Assembly: GCA_964016885.1 (NCBI GenBank) | Contig: OZ024741.1 | Location: 362,886,001 to 362,950,000, forward strand | Source: Eledone cirrhosa | Lineage: Eukaryota | DNA length: 64,000 nt | Direction of reading: 5' to 3' | Shown here: piece by piece, positions 24,516-36,647 of the stretch | Layout of the letters: every line of letters begins with the position of its first letter | Numbering within the stretch: position 1 is the first letter of the stretch | The notes under the pieces: generated by a model | Told to the model about the DNA's origin: nothing | What the model saw: only the letters and a program-made list of their open reading frames with translations | The model's database searches: none | Program-made: the position numbers and the translations under genes

Positions 24516-25329
24516 GTAATTATCAAATGTTATTTACCATCATCATCATTGTTTTTGCATCTGCTTTTTTTATGCTGGTTTAGGTTGGATGAGACTTTTT
24601 AGGGATTTTTCTCCAGCTAGATATTTTTCTGATGCCAACCAATACTTGTTTTTTAAGTAAAGTATTTGTTCCACTGAATTTCACGCATCAAATTACTCAG
24701 CTTCTTGAATATATTGTTTATGCTGGACATAAACTAATGTTACTGACTATCCCAGCAGTGTTAATGCAAAGTCATGCTGATACAAATATATATGCATGCA
24801 AATACATACAAACACACATACACAGGTGTGCATAGACACACACATGCGTACAAGTGCATTCACACACACACACATATATGTGTCATTATCAATATCAGTT
24901 TTATATCTGCTTTTTTGTGGCAGTATACCATGACTAGATACTCTTTCTGGCACCAGCCCTCACTTTTTTTAAAGCAAAGTACAGATCTCCATGCATCTAA
25001 TTCGCAGTGTATGCAGAACACAAACAAATATCACTGCCGGCAATGTTGGTTATGAAGAGAAAAACACACACACACATGATTGACTTCTGCATAGTTTCCC
25101 CTCTACCAAATTCACTTATATGGCAATGGTCAGTAAAAGACACTTGATGAAGTTGCCACACTGGGATTGAACCTAAAACCACATGGTTCTGAAGCAAACT
25201 TCTTAACCAGACAGCCATATCCACACCTTCATCATGTATTCCATGTTCATCACATCATCTGTGGTCCTAACAGTATTTTATGTTGTTACACTGCTCTTTT
25301 CAAACTTGTATCTTATTTATTTATTCTAG

Positions 25330-25463
25330 GTTGAGTTGTAATGCCCATGTGTGTTCTTGGATGCTATCTTCTCATCTCAAACAAGCTTGTCTGCCTTTCC
25401 TGCGATGTGCTGCACTTATGTATCATTGCATTACAGGTGTTTCCGCACCACCCGAGCTTCAAG
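25330..25463 (+). CDS. UBR2: UBR1/2 exon 14
   Basis: LKQACLPFLRCAALMYHCITGV (conserved PFLRCAAL motif); phase 2->1. Confidence 0.93.
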
Positions 25464-26002
25464 GTAAATAACTTAACCCTTTTGATAACAAACTGCCCGA
25501 AATCACCACTGTTTGTTTTAAAGCGTTTATATTTATCTAAAAGCCTTTCATCATTTTATGTAAAACCTGTTACATTACGTTCAAATCAGCAACTTAATGA
25601 ATTATATGACTAAATCCCTTCAAATTCTTAATTACTTGAAAATCTTAGGCAGAAATCTTCATTAGAAATATAACAAAAAGTATGTTAGATATTAACTTTT
25701 GTGGAATAAAAATACTTTTAAGTATCTACATAATGATGGTAGATACTTAAAAATATTTATTATTGAAATTATTAAATTACAAAATTAATAAATTATAAAG
25801 GTAATTAAGTCGATTTATATTTTTTATATAAATTGACTAAATTTTCATTTGTATTAGACCAGTAGTTCCCAAAGTGAGTATAATGCCTTCTTGGTGGGCT
25901 GGAAGGCAAGGGGCACGGAGTGGGAGTGCATTGAAAGGCAAGAGATGTTCAGGAATAACATGACTATAAATAGTCGAATCAAGTGATTTAAGGATGTTAT
26001 TT

Positions 26003-26556
26003 CATCATCATCATCATCATCGTTTAACGTCCATGTTCCATGCTTGCATGGGTTTGGACGGGAGTTTTCCCACTTGAGGCAAGAGTGGTTGTCGTTGCTC
26101 GCATAGGACTGTCTGGCGGGTTTTCTACAGCTGGATGCCCTTCCTAACACCAACCACATTTACAGTGTGGGGCTGGGAGGTTTTTACCGTGTTGCCTACA
26201 CGGCCACATTACAGCGTGGACTGTTTTTTTTTTTGTCGTGACACCTACACGATCTCATTTGTTTCGGCCTGGATGTTGTGGCACCAACATAACTTTACAT
26301 TGAAAGGGGCGGTGTGGATGGGGTGGGGGTGGTGGGACGGGGGTGTATTTTGTTAGAGATGCCTACTGACTGTAGTAGGTTTTACTTTGTATTTAGGTAA
26401 GGCGGGTCTTCTCTATTACTGAGTACCGCCAAAGGTCTCGGCCCAGTGACATTGTCTTGGAGAGGTGTAAGTGTGTGAGGTCGGAATTTATCAGCTCGTC
26501 CCAGGTTTTTCTGGGTCTGCCTACTCCGTGGCTACCGTCTATCTTTATTGCCCTGC
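26003..26556 (-). mobile_element. RTE LINE 3' end fragment
   Basis: reverse complement of ~63515-64000; (GAT)n tail. Confidence 0.85.
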
Positions 26557-27627
26557 TAATATTAAGTCAGATGTGGAAAAATTAGTCTTATCACATCAGA
26601 CCCATAATTCATATGAATAAATCAATTAATTTTAGATACTTTTATATAATTTTATTTTATAATAGACGCCAAACAATTTAGATACCAAACTGCCTGAAAC
26701 TGTCCCTGGTTCTATGATACAAAACTGTTTTAAAGAGTTTATCATTTAATATCTGTCTTCCCTGCTCACAAGGTTTGGATGGGTCTTCACAGACTAAGTC
26801 AGTACTCAAGTACTGACCTCTCAGATGATCTGAAGGCCTACATCTCACATATATTCCCCTGCTCTATTGAGAGATATTTATCATGTTACTAGTACTAGGG
26901 AGATTGTCATATTTTTGTCACAGCTGTAGAGCTCTCCTGACCTTTTGTTTGACAAGTTTTCTAAGGCTGGATCTCCTTCCTAACATCAACCACTTTACAG
27001 AATGTAGTGGGTGCATTTATATTTATCTAAAATCATAATTTTATGTAAGAACATATAAATTATGCTTTGAACATCAGCTTGATAACGGGAATTAGTTAAG
27101 CTACTAAATCTCCACCAAATTCTTCATTATTTTCACAATTATTTGAAAATCACAGGCAGTATCTTTCATTGAGGTTAAATGAAAAAAAAAAAAATTTTTA
27201 ATTTTCAATATATCATTGAACTTGAGTCCCGCCAAGGTCAATTTTGCCTTTAATCCTTTTGGGGATTGATAAATAAAGTACCAGTCCAGGGCTGATGGAT
27301 TGGCAGAATTGTTTAAAGAATTGAACAGAAAGCTTACAGGCATATAATTTGGAACTGTGTGTTAAATCCTCTCCTGCCAGGAATCATAGCTGGACAATAG
27401 TATAGTAATGGAAAAATGACTAATAGAAACATTTAATTTAATGATTAGCCCCTTTCTTTCAATATATGACCATTTTTGTCAGGAGGATAGGAGAGTCACT
27501 GATGAAATGTATTCTCAAAAGAAAGGGGGGAAATAAAAAAATGTTTGTGACACTACTGTATTAGATTATTATTTGTTTTCTATTTTTGTGTAAGATGTTA
27601 TAAACTCTCTTGCTTCTCTGTTTTCAG

Positions 27628-27736
27628 AGAACTCCAGCAACCAGTTTGAATATATTTGTCGATTTTTAGCTCTGCCTTCTAAATTGACTTCATTATTTGA
27701 AAATCAAGGGGAGATTATTTCTGAACTCATGGCTAG
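27628..27736 (+). CDS. UBR2: UBR1/2 exon 15
   Basis: ENSSNQFEYICRFLALPSKLTSLFENQGEIISELMA; phase 1->2. Confidence 0.88.
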
Positions 27737-28660
27737 GTTAGTTAATCTTTCTGTTTAACACACATAATAGCAGCAAGTGTTTTAAGGCCATTTTTTCCTG
27801 CTGAGGCCTTGTGGCTCCCCATAACAGTTTCCATACCCATCATGAGGTACTTTTTAAAATAATGTTTTATGACTGAATGCCCTTCCTAACACCAACCCTT
27901 TTAATCACCTCTTACAACATGCTGTAACTATTCTAAACTAGATACCCACATCTGGTTAATGTTTCAAAAAGCATTATTAAAAGAAACAGTAGGACTGGTG
28001 GATTGGCAGAGTTGTTTTGAGCATCAGACAAATGCCTAGCAGTATTTGTTTTGACTGTATGTTCTGAGTTCATATTCCACCAAAGTTTATTCTGCTTTCC
28101 ATCCTTCAGAAGTCGATAGAATAAAGTACCAGTCAAGTACTGGGGTCAATATAATCGATTTTCCCTTCTTTCCAAAATTGATGTTTTGTGCCAAAATTAG
28201 AAACCATTATTAAAAGAAACAGTTAATGTTTTTTTTAATAATGCTTGTTTATTATATAAATCCTTTTAGCTGCCTCTTACAGTACACAGGGATACAGTGT
28301 ACCTATTCAAAACCGATTTTACACAGATAAATTATGTATATCTTCAGAATTTGGAACAGGTGTGGAAGGTGAAGAGCCTAGAATTAGGATGTTGAACTCA
28401 CAATTATATGGTTGTGGGTTTTACTCCTGGACTGGTTGGCATGTGTTCTTGTGTAAGACACTTTATTTCATGTTGCTTTTCATGATAGGACTGGAACCCC
28501 TATCATTAAAACTGTAAAGAAACCTACTAGAGGCAAACTCAGAATACACCTGCACAGGTGTGAGCTGTAACCCCCCCCCCCCCACATTTGCAACGCTTTT
28601 TTTTTTTTTGTTCTCTTTTTTTTTTTTTCTTTTTTTTTAAATTTTTATTTTGTCCTGCAG

Positions 28661-28798
28661 GTGGTGTAGCCATCCATCCATCCAAGACCACTTCACAGCC
28701 AGTAACCAGAAAGTTATCAGATATCCTTTACCACTGAATCATTTGGTTAACTTACCTGAAGATTACAGTGAACTAATGAATCAAGTTTCAAGTTACAC
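28661..28798 (+). CDS. UBR2: UBR1/2 exon 16
   Basis: WCSHP...IRYPLPLNHLVNLPEDYSELMNQVSSY; phase 2->2. Confidence 0.93.
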
Positions 28799-29607
28799 GT
28801 AAGTTAAATTATACAAATTATTCAAAATGTTCCTTTTAAACCTTTTAATACCAAGCTGCACCTGTCTCTATGCTACAAAGCTATTAATTTTTAAATATTT
28901 ATATTTATCTAAAAACCTTCCATCATTATTTTATGTTCTTAGAAAAAAAAAAGGATGCTTAATTTTATTGTTAAATCCCTCCAAATTTTCAAAATGATTT
29001 TAAAATTATATGCAGTAAATTTCATTAGAAATATTGTAATGAAGAGCTTAACTTTTTCATTGCCGTATTTTAAAGAAAAGATACTGCCTGTGATTTTGAA
29101 AATATTGAAGAATTTGGAAACACTTAATAGTATAATTAACTTTATTATGTTAGTGTTTGGAACATAACTTAATAAAGGTTCTTACATAAAATTATGATGG
29201 ATGGTGTTTAGCTAAATATAAGCACTTTAGAATAAATGGCTTTGTATCGTATAATCCAACTTGGTTTCAATGGCTTAACCCATTAGCATTTAAACTGGTT
29301 GTATCTATCCAGAATTTTCTCACCTCTTTCTGTTCAAACCAGCTGCTCATACCTATGTTAAGGTATTGTTCTCAAAATAAATAATATCAAAATCTCATAG
29401 ATTTGATGTTATGTGAGATAATTATGTGAAATAAAGTGTTTTCCATGAAAATACAATAGTAAATATAGAGTAATGTAAATGCTAAAGGGTTAAAAAGCAG
29501 AAATGGTTATTTCTTTACTATTCTTGTCTAGTTGAAACACTCAACTGTTTGGTGGTTCTACAGTTGAAATACCATTGTATATTTGTAATTTTTCTTTACT
29601 TTCACAG

Positions 29608-29778
29608 CTGTCCTCGGTCATCTGGAGATGAGAGCCGTGTACCAACAATGTGCCTTGTCTGTGGTCAAGTCCTCTGTTCCCATAGCTACTGCTGTCAAGT
29701 AGAAGTGGATAAGAAATTAGTTGGTGCAGCTACTGCACATTCACATGTTTGTGGCGCTGGCATAGGAATATTCCTCAG
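29608..29778 (+). CDS. UBR2: UBR1/2 exon 17 (C-terminal Cys/His domain)
   Basis: CPRSSGDESRVPTMCLVCGQVLCSHSYCCQ...HSHVCGAGIGIFL. Confidence 0.95.
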
Positions 29779-30681
29779 GTAAATATGATTTACACACACA
29801 CAAACCTTGTAATTAGATTGACATTAATTTGTCCCCATGCTTTTCTCATTAACAGGAGGCTTGTTTAATATTTATAAGCCCGATAACATCACTGTGCTGT
29901 GAATATCATCATCACCGTTTAATATCCATTTTCCACACTATACAATAAGTACACCATATCCCTCTGTTGTAAGAGACAGCTAAAAGGATTGGTGTCAGGT
30001 AAGGCATCCAGCTGGAAAACATTGCTTTGGGAAGGAGCCTATGATGAGTATGAGGCCTGTCATGGGGCCTTCAAGACTTAAGCAGAGGAAATGACCTTAA
30101 GATGCTTGCTGCTGCTTGGTAACATCAATCTGATTATAAACTTGTAACTACATTATAGTGAGAACATATTCAGGTCAAAACAGTAGAATTGCTGCAGATT
30201 GTCAAAATTAGATAGTGAAGTGGGAAGGCAGTTTTGGCTTTGTCCAATGTTGTTTCGCCCAACGTTAAACCTGGTCAAAGATATTCCAGTTATGTCCATT
30301 TTGTGATTCACTCATACTGTATGTTGGACCACATTTTTCAATGTGACCTTCGTTTTTTTAAGAGTGATGGATCCTCTGTCAGTTTTGTTAAAGAACATTC
30401 AATTGTTTGATCAATATTTTGTTCAACTTGTGAATTAACATCTAAGTGGTTGAGTATTCTACAGACATGTATCGTAAACATAATTCCCAAGCTGAATCAA
30501 TGACAATATGTAACAAGGCTGAACCTTTGAATTACAGGTACAATAATTTAACAGGCTTCTGCACAGTTTCCTTCTACTCAATTTCGCTTATAAGACTTGG
30601 GTCGACCCAAGGCTAAGGTGAAGACACTTGCCCAAAATGATACACTGTGGGATGACTATTGTGGATTTTTTTTCTTTACAG

Positions 30682-30783
30682 AATACGTGATTGTCAAATA
30701 TTTTTGCTAGCTGGCCAGAATAAAGGCTGTTTTCAGACAGCTCCCTACCTAGATGATTATGGGGAGACTGATCAGCTGCTAAA
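30682..30783 (+). CDS. UBR2: UBR1/2 exon 18
   Basis: IRDCQIFLLAGQNKGCFQTAPYLDDYGETDQLL (conserved PYLDDYGETD). Confidence 0.95.
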
Positions 30784-30869
30784 GTAAGTTCACCAACACT
30801 CTCTTGTAATTTCTACATTTATTTATACTGACCTAGTAGACCTAAGAGAACAGCCATCACAGTTAACTG

Positions 30870-31560
30870 CAGTATAGTAGATAAAGCAATTAAGGATATG
30901 AAATTTTTGCTGAGATGTTTAAATTGTTGGATATAACCGGTCACAAGATAGTCACACATAGTTAATCGTGTAGTGCAGGAAAGTGTCATACCTAATGACT
31001 GGTATAGCAGCATCATTGTCAACTGTTACAAGGGCAAAGGAAATGCATTAGAGAGAGGGGAAATTACCAAAGTATCAAACTTTTGGATCAAGTTATGAAG
31101 GTCACAGAAAGAGTTATTTTAGTGCTTTTCCGAGGCACAAAGCTGAACTGCATCTCAACAAGATTAATTCTGTCCCAATTAATTGTGTAACAATGCTACA
31201 TGTCAGTGAAACATAATGCCCTGTTTGCTGAAGACCTGCAATGGCTAGAAAGAAATGAAGCAAGTATGCTCTAAAGGATGTGTAATGTCTGTGTGCATGA
31301 ATGATATAGTATAAGTGAGCTGAGAGTAATATTTGACATAAGAAGAATTGGATGTAGTGTGCAAGAGGGAAGGTATATGGAAGAGGACAGCTGTATAAAG
31401 AAGTGCAGAGGAATTTCAGTAATTGGGACTCATGGAAGAGGCAGATCCAGGAATATATGGGATGATAGAGTGAAGACAGACCTTAAGAAGCTAAAACTCA
31501 CAACAAAGATCATAAAGGACCAGGAGAATAGGCAGCATGCTGCACTGGAGAAATATGACC
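30870..31560 (+). mobile_element. degenerate RTE LINE fragments
   Basis: IPNDWYSSIIVNCYKGKG and RNEASM...GRGRSR..W segments matching the 36648-39890 element. Confidence 0.8.
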
Positions 31561-32838
31561 TGACCTTTTCAGATCTCTTCTTCCACTTTTCACTCCTTCA
31601 TAGCTATTCTCACCAACACTGTACACCCCCACCCACTCATTCTCCTCTCCACAATCACTTCTTAGTAGTTATTCTCACCATCATGAGACAACCCCAATCT
31701 TCTTCATTCCTAACACCCATTCTCTATCCAAGGTCAACCCCCCTCCCATTCTACCTAGGATCACTCCTCCATCTGAAATCCTGACACATCAGTCATAACC
31801 CCTTAGTAGCTGTTAGCACAGTACTTCAAATTCTATCAGCGGTCACTCCTTACCTCCAACTGATTACCTTGTCAAATCCCACCACACCACCATACTTGTC
31901 ATACATCCATAGCATCACACTCATCATTTCTCTTTCTTGCCTTCCTATTTCCTGTAGAGTAGAGAGAGCTCTTCAGTTGAGTCAATGATTGAGGACTCTT
32001 CAGCTGTGTAAAAAACATGACAATCTCCTTAGTGTTGGTGCCACTATAAAATGCACTCAGATGTTAAACCTAGTACTTTATTTCACCTCTTAAAACAAAA
32101 AAAAGCCTACTTTCCAATCTTGTTTGTCTCTTTTTCCATGGCAAATTTCTACAATTGGATGCCCTTCCTGTCTCCAATCCATATGTTTTAATATGGTAGA
32201 GATTCACCTAACTAATTGTTTGGGATGTGAAGACACCTAAACACAGGCACACACACATAAAGCGTCCACATTCCACATAATTCCCTACCAATTTCACTTA
32301 TATGGCAATAGTTGACCTGCAGTTATATTAGAAGACACCCAATGTGTCATGCTGAAACCACATGTTTTAGAAGTGAACTTCTAAATTACACTACCATGCC
32401 TACATAGAAAATCTTCATTTCATTTGTTTGAAGAGGAACAATAATCGTGGCTATTTAGACCCTTCTGTTAAGAAGGGATGTAATTGGGTTAGGTGTTCAG
32501 TTTGAAGCACTCAGGAAACATTTGCAGTAAAATGTTCAGTTTAATGTGATGTGTAAGAAGTATCAAAACCTCTTTGATGTCAAACCGTCTGAAACTGCCC
32601 TGGTTCTATGATACAAAACTGCATATTTTAAAATGTTTATATTCATCTAAAAACTTCCCATCATAATTTTATATAAGAATCTTTAAGTTACACACCAACT
32701 CAATTATGAGTTATTTTCGAAATTGTTTGAATATCAAATGCAGTCTTTCATTAGAAATGTGGTTATAAAAGAGTTAGTCATATAATAAATTTTTATTTAG
32801 TTCCTGAAATCTAAAATCATTATTAATTTCCTTTTCAG

Positions 32839-32980
32839 GAGAGGCAATCCCCTCTGTCTCAGTGAAGAACGCTATAAACAATTGCACCGTCTTTGGTTCC
32901 AGCATGAAATTCCAGAGACTATTGTTCATAATCTGGAGTCCAATAATAGCCAAGTCAGCTATGAATGGTGGAATTTATAA
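32839..32980 (+). CDS. UBR2: UBR1/2 terminal coding exon
   Basis: RGNPLCLSEERYKQLHRLWFQHEIPE...YEWWNL*, TAA at 32978-32980. Confidence 0.95.
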
Positions 32981-33973
32981 ATGAACTTTTTACTTAATAA
33001 GAAAAAAGCCAGATAAGAAGAACCTGTTGGGGTTAATATTTGGTCACTATTTGCCCATACAACAGGAAACCAGAAAAATTACCTGCCATACCATACATGA
33101 AAAATGACTTCTAGGCCCAGACCTTGTCCATTGATGAACTTTCTACCTACTCCTGCACACACCTGTGAGATGTCAGCCAGCCACTATTCTCAGGACAAAA
33201 TCAACCAACCTACAACTTTGAAGGGCTTTATGATTTATTTAGGAAGTGACATAGTACTTACTGAAGGTCATATCCATCCTTCCTTCACTCTCTACTCAAC
33301 CATTTGTTGTGTTGTTATTTATTTATTTACTTGTTGAGCATTTACATTTGTGATACTTACATTTGTGATAGACATGACACATTTGTAACAATTACATACG
33401 TAATACTTTTTAAAAAAGTGTGAAATGTTTTGGAAGGTTAACTTATGCTGACACTATCAGGAAATCAATTTGTTGTTCTTCTCCTCCTCCTCCCCATACC
33501 ATACTGCAGTGTATATGTGGGTGTAGTTTGATGGGAGGAGGAGGGGCAGGTGTTCTGCCAATATACAAACTCTTCATATTTGCTATTACCATCAAGAAAA
33601 ATGCTTGATATTCTCTACATTGTTTTAAATATTGTGTATTAAAACAATTTTTTTTTTTCCGTTTTTTTTTTTCTTCCTTTAAAAAAAGTAACATTTCTAT
33701 TTATTAATTAATATATTTTTGTCGGTATTTTTATTTTATTTATTTCTTTTCTCCCTTTTCCTTTCGTTTTAACCATCACCACCCTTTCCCCACTTTAAAA
33801 AAAAATCATGTTTCGGAATCTCTATGATGTTCAAACCCAAATTTGCTGGGAGAAGTTACTTCCCTTGTGATCAAACTTCTCATTGCTTTATAATTCACTT
33901 TGATTTTTGCTGTTTTCTTGGCTACTGCGCCTTCTCCCTCTACACACACACACAGGGAACAGCCTTTCTTTTA

Positions 33974-34277
33974 TACTTCCAGTTACAATTTCTTTATTGG
34001 AATATTCTCATATTTTCTAATATAACCTCTGCAATTTGTTTAGAATAATAAAGTTCCTAAGTCCATAATTTTGTCAATATTTCCAGACCTTCGTAATCTC
34101 ATCATCAGGAGTGTTGACTTATTTTTACTGCCTCTTTTATTATAGACATATGTATGATGATGAGACTGAGGGTCTGCTTCAAACATTGACAAAATTATGG
34201 ACTTATGAACTTTATTCTAAAGGAACTGTAGAGGTCATACTAGAAAATTCTAATAAAGAAACTTAAACTGGAAAGTA
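33974..34277. repeat. imperfect inverted repeat in putative UBR 3' UTR
   Basis: 33974-34107 is the reverse complement of 34155-34277, e.g. TAAGTCCATAATTTTGTCAAT / ATTGACAAAATTATGGACTTA. Confidence 0.85.
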
Positions 34278-34517
34278 ATTGTCTTCTTCTCATGTCTTTG
34301 TCCTTGATTATTATAATTTCTCACTTTGACTGGAGATATATATATATATATATATATAACACCTCTTCTCTTGTCTTTGTTTTGGATTATAATTTCTCAC
34401 TTTGAATGGAGAGATTGACGGACTGAACTTCATATTCGAACTTTTTCTATTTAATGTACATAATAATATTTAATTTATAATTTTTATTTATAAAAGTATC
34501 ATTTTGAATCTTATTGT

Positions 34518-34523
34518 AATAAA
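34518..34523 (+). promoter_or_regulatory. candidate polyadenylation signal of the UBR gene
   Basis: AATAAA about 1.5 kb past the stop, in AT-rich context, followed by an A-run and GT-rich sequence; other AATAAA exist nearby. Confidence 0.35.
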
Positions 34524-36295
34524 TTTTGTTAACTCTAAAAAAAAAAAGTTGTTGAATTTTCAGTCGTTACAGTGAGATGGAATGGACCTCTGTTGATTTT
34601 GAGTTGTTCACTCAGCAGAACAGCCTGCTTAAGTGGCTGAGTAATCCAGTATTCCACTGACGTGTAACCTTCATGTAATTTTTGGGAGATTCAGCATGAC
34701 TTGGTGTGTAACAAGGCTGGCTCTTTGAATTACAAGTACAATCCATCCAAACAGTTTGTCTAGTTTCACTCACAAAACTTGGATCGACTCAAGATGCCAC
34801 ATAGTGAGATTGAAGTTGGATCCTAATAATCCTGGCCATACTGTATCCACAGTTGTGGTAGGGAATTATTGACCATGTTGTTACTAAGGCAGTTTTAAAT
34901 ATACAAGGTATCTGCTAATTACATATAAACTTTGGAGTCATGCCTCTATTTTTATATACAATACTTTTTCTTTATGGGGTTGATAAAATAAAGTACCAGT
35001 AACACACTGGGTCGATTTGACTTTCCCCTCCCCCAAAATTGTTGGCCTTGTGCCTAAATCAGAAACCAATATTTACAGTGCACCATACATTTTAGATTGA
35101 GGTCCAATAGATATGTTGCATGCTGGTTTTTCGCGTATAATTATGAATTTATAATTAGAGTCCACAAAATTGCCACAAATCATAGACCTCACTATCACTA
35201 ATGATTTTACATTTGTAACATAGCAAAACCTGCACCTTTCTTCAGATCAAGACAAAACTTCAGTTCTATACAGTTGCTGATTCACTACAAATATTAAGTT
35301 AGACCCATATCTGGAACGGTGGTGGAGGTGCTGCTGCACATGCACAAGTTTACTTCACTGCACAAATGACTGCTGATATGAACTAACACACAAATTGTAG
35401 ATGCTCAACTGAGGAATATATGAAGATTAGTATAGGGCCTTCAATAATAAAGCTTATTGTATAGAACTTTTAACAAAAACTTACAAAGTTAAATTTGGTA
35501 TTAAAGTGACAATTTCTGATAGTAAATATAACCTTTATTCAGTTTAAATGTTTTATCTTGATTTTATTTTAAAGGGAGATAATACAAGTTCATGAGAATT
35601 CCAATTGTAATCAACCAAATTGATATGGTATTTCAACTATGTATTATTAAAGTTTGAATGGATACGGTGTCAATATATGTTAGATACTTATGTTCATATT
35701 ATTGAGTTATTAACTCCTCATGCTCAGATTATCAATCTGGAATAATAGCTGCAAGAAACCAGTGTCCTATCCAGGTGGAAGTTTAGATAATCATCTTTAA
35801 GTTGTAGCTCGAGAAAAGACTAATTTCATGGTATGAATAGTTAAAAAGTTCATTTAAATTATTTGGCTTGAGGAAGAGGAAAAATCGTTTACAGGTTAAA
35901 TATTTTGCTGGAGAAGTTTTTATTTCATTTTTTTTTTTAACTGGTTATAATCACATGATGTAGACCATCACGAATCTCCTCCACTAATTTAACCCTTCTG
36001 ATACCTGCCTAAAATTGATCCCCTGGTTCTATGATGAAAATCAGTTGTTTAAATCTTCCATTTTACTTTAATATAAAAAATATTTAAGTTATATTCCTAA
36101 ATCCATCAACATTTTTATTTTCAGTATTATTTGAAAATCATAGGCAGTGTGTTTTATTAGAAATTTGGTAATGAAAAGATTGAGAGTTTGCAGTTATTGT
36201 AATTTGAATGGCACTTCCATATAAAAAAAATGTAAAGTACTAATTTTAGAAATTACAATAAACTATTTTGGTTTAGTTGAAGAAGTAGTCAGTCA

Positions 36296-36487
36296 TTAGG
36301 CTGACTGTTCAGGTGAACATTTGGGTGAGTTTTTATCGAATAAACTATGAGCTTCAAATGAAAAGTCCATGTGATTTGCTGAATGTTTCGAAGGAGTTAG
36401 ATCTGTCTGGGATACAGTAGGTTTTTTGTCATTTTGATTCATATTTGTAGAAGTGCTGTCAAGAGTTATCAGACAGTTTTCCTTTTG
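36296..36487 (-). CDS. unnamed gene, putative terminal coding exon
   Basis: ttttatttctag|QKENCLITLDSTSTNMNQNDKKP...SPKCSPEQSA*, 63 open codons in AT-rich DNA; phase 0 matches the 44035 exon. Confidence 0.6.
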   Translation of the reverse strand, partial: QKENCLITLDSTSTNMNQNDKKPTVSQTDLTPSKHSANHMDFSFEAHSLFDKNSPKCSPEQSA

Positions 36488-36647
36488 CTAGAAATAAAAA
36501 TAAAATGAGACAATGTAAATTTTAATTCAGATAGAAAATTTTAGTGTTACTATTTTATCATTCAATTTGTTGAGCAGTGGTTTATTTTTTACTCCATGCC
36601 CCATTATGACACCTAAAAATTTGATCCCTCCACCATTAACATAAAAA

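Noticed and set aside
306-32980. Distinguishing UBR1 from UBR2 orthology
   Set aside because: The split is a vertebrate duplication; this is best treated as a co-orthologue, and the symbol UBR2 is used by convention only.
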